DNA of 63,639 nucleotides, counting the filler, from Phoronis australis (Eukaryota; Animalia; Phoronida): NCBI GenBank assembly GCA_002633005.1. It is 10 parts of 10 records of this genome, joined end to end, with 100 filler letters (N's around TTAATTAATTAA, not from the genome) between each part and the next. Parts side by side here need not be neighbours in the genome. Positions count along the whole stretch, not along the records: positions 61,620 to 63,639 come from NMRA01000584.1; 9 more parts are not named here. One strand, 5' to 3'. The notes under the pieces are model-generated. The model made no database searches. It was not told the DNA's origin and worked only from the letters and a program-made list of their open reading frames with translations. The position numbers and the translations under genes were made by a program. Positions 63,038-63,639 of the stretch are shown here, piece by piece; position 1 is the first letter of the stretch, and each line of letters starts with the position of its first letter.

Positions 63038-63639
63038 GTTGAGAGATATGGGGGGGAGACGAGTAAACAATAGCTGCCCAAAATGACAGGATCAAACAGA
63101 CACTGGAATGGTTATTAATGGGCGTACTTTAATGAACGCGCCGAGGGCCAGCGTGCTGGAGAAAAAAATGCAAATCCCTAAGACACGGCACGTTAGAATG
63201 GACGCACACAACACAAAACCGTAAAAGTTATTAGAAAATACTAAGGGACGCTATTTACTAATACCAAAGGCCGTGTCGCGAGACAGGTGGCAAACTGGGC
63301 AAAACTATAGATGGCTCAATTTTGCACTAACTCACCCGATCAAGCGAAGATAGTTTTTGGCTATGACATAATGTTTAGAGAACTTAAAAGACGTGTGGTA
63401 AGCCTCAAAGAGAAGGAGCAAAGTGGTCGCTACGCACTAGCACCTTCCGAGAATGTGTTGTCGAAACTTGAAAAAAAAAATCAAAGTTACCGGAAAACAA
63501 CGGATGTTCGCTACGCATCCGCTGCAGCTAAACTGCTTCAAAGAATTAGCTGGTCGCTACTCAGCTAAAATCTTCAAAAACAAAAATAATCTACAGTTTC
63601 TAAAAATCGTGACCCAAGGCACACGCGCAACGTCCGGGT

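Overview
Eukaryotic, intron-rich animal genomic DNA, probably a marine invertebrate (inferred from an axonemal dynein, a C-type lectin, exon boundaries resembling vertebrate CDC73, and the TE types). It is not one locus. Nine identical 100-bp spacers (N44-TTAATTAATTAA-N44) join about ten apparently unrelated contigs, so adjacency across spacers carries no information. Host gene fragments recovered by reading exons and checking splice phases: a C-type lectin (- strand, 2 exons), a ZIP13/SLC39A13-like exon, the last exon of DNAH10, two last exons of a probable FAAP24, the last two exons of BUD13, four consecutive exons of CDC73, and an unidentified two-exon ~100-aa gene. Mobile DNA: a long-TIR element with a 9-bp TSD, a Tc1/mariner MITE, other MITEs, an R2/HERO-like RT fragment, an L1/Tx1-like 3' fragment, a Gypsy 3' end with a 113-bp LTR, and a decayed Gypsy gag with an intact-looking -1 frameshift pseudoknot. 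I see no clear new multi-gene system. The most unusual signal is a recurrent 'exon echo': decayed tandem copies of exon ends lie just downstream of donors or stop codons in four unrelated genes. A young 73-bp duplication of a CDC73 acceptor would also create a poison isoform. An orphan 88-aa ORF behind five TATA-containing repeat motifs is also unexplained. All identities were counted by eye and family calls are from recalled motifs, not searches.
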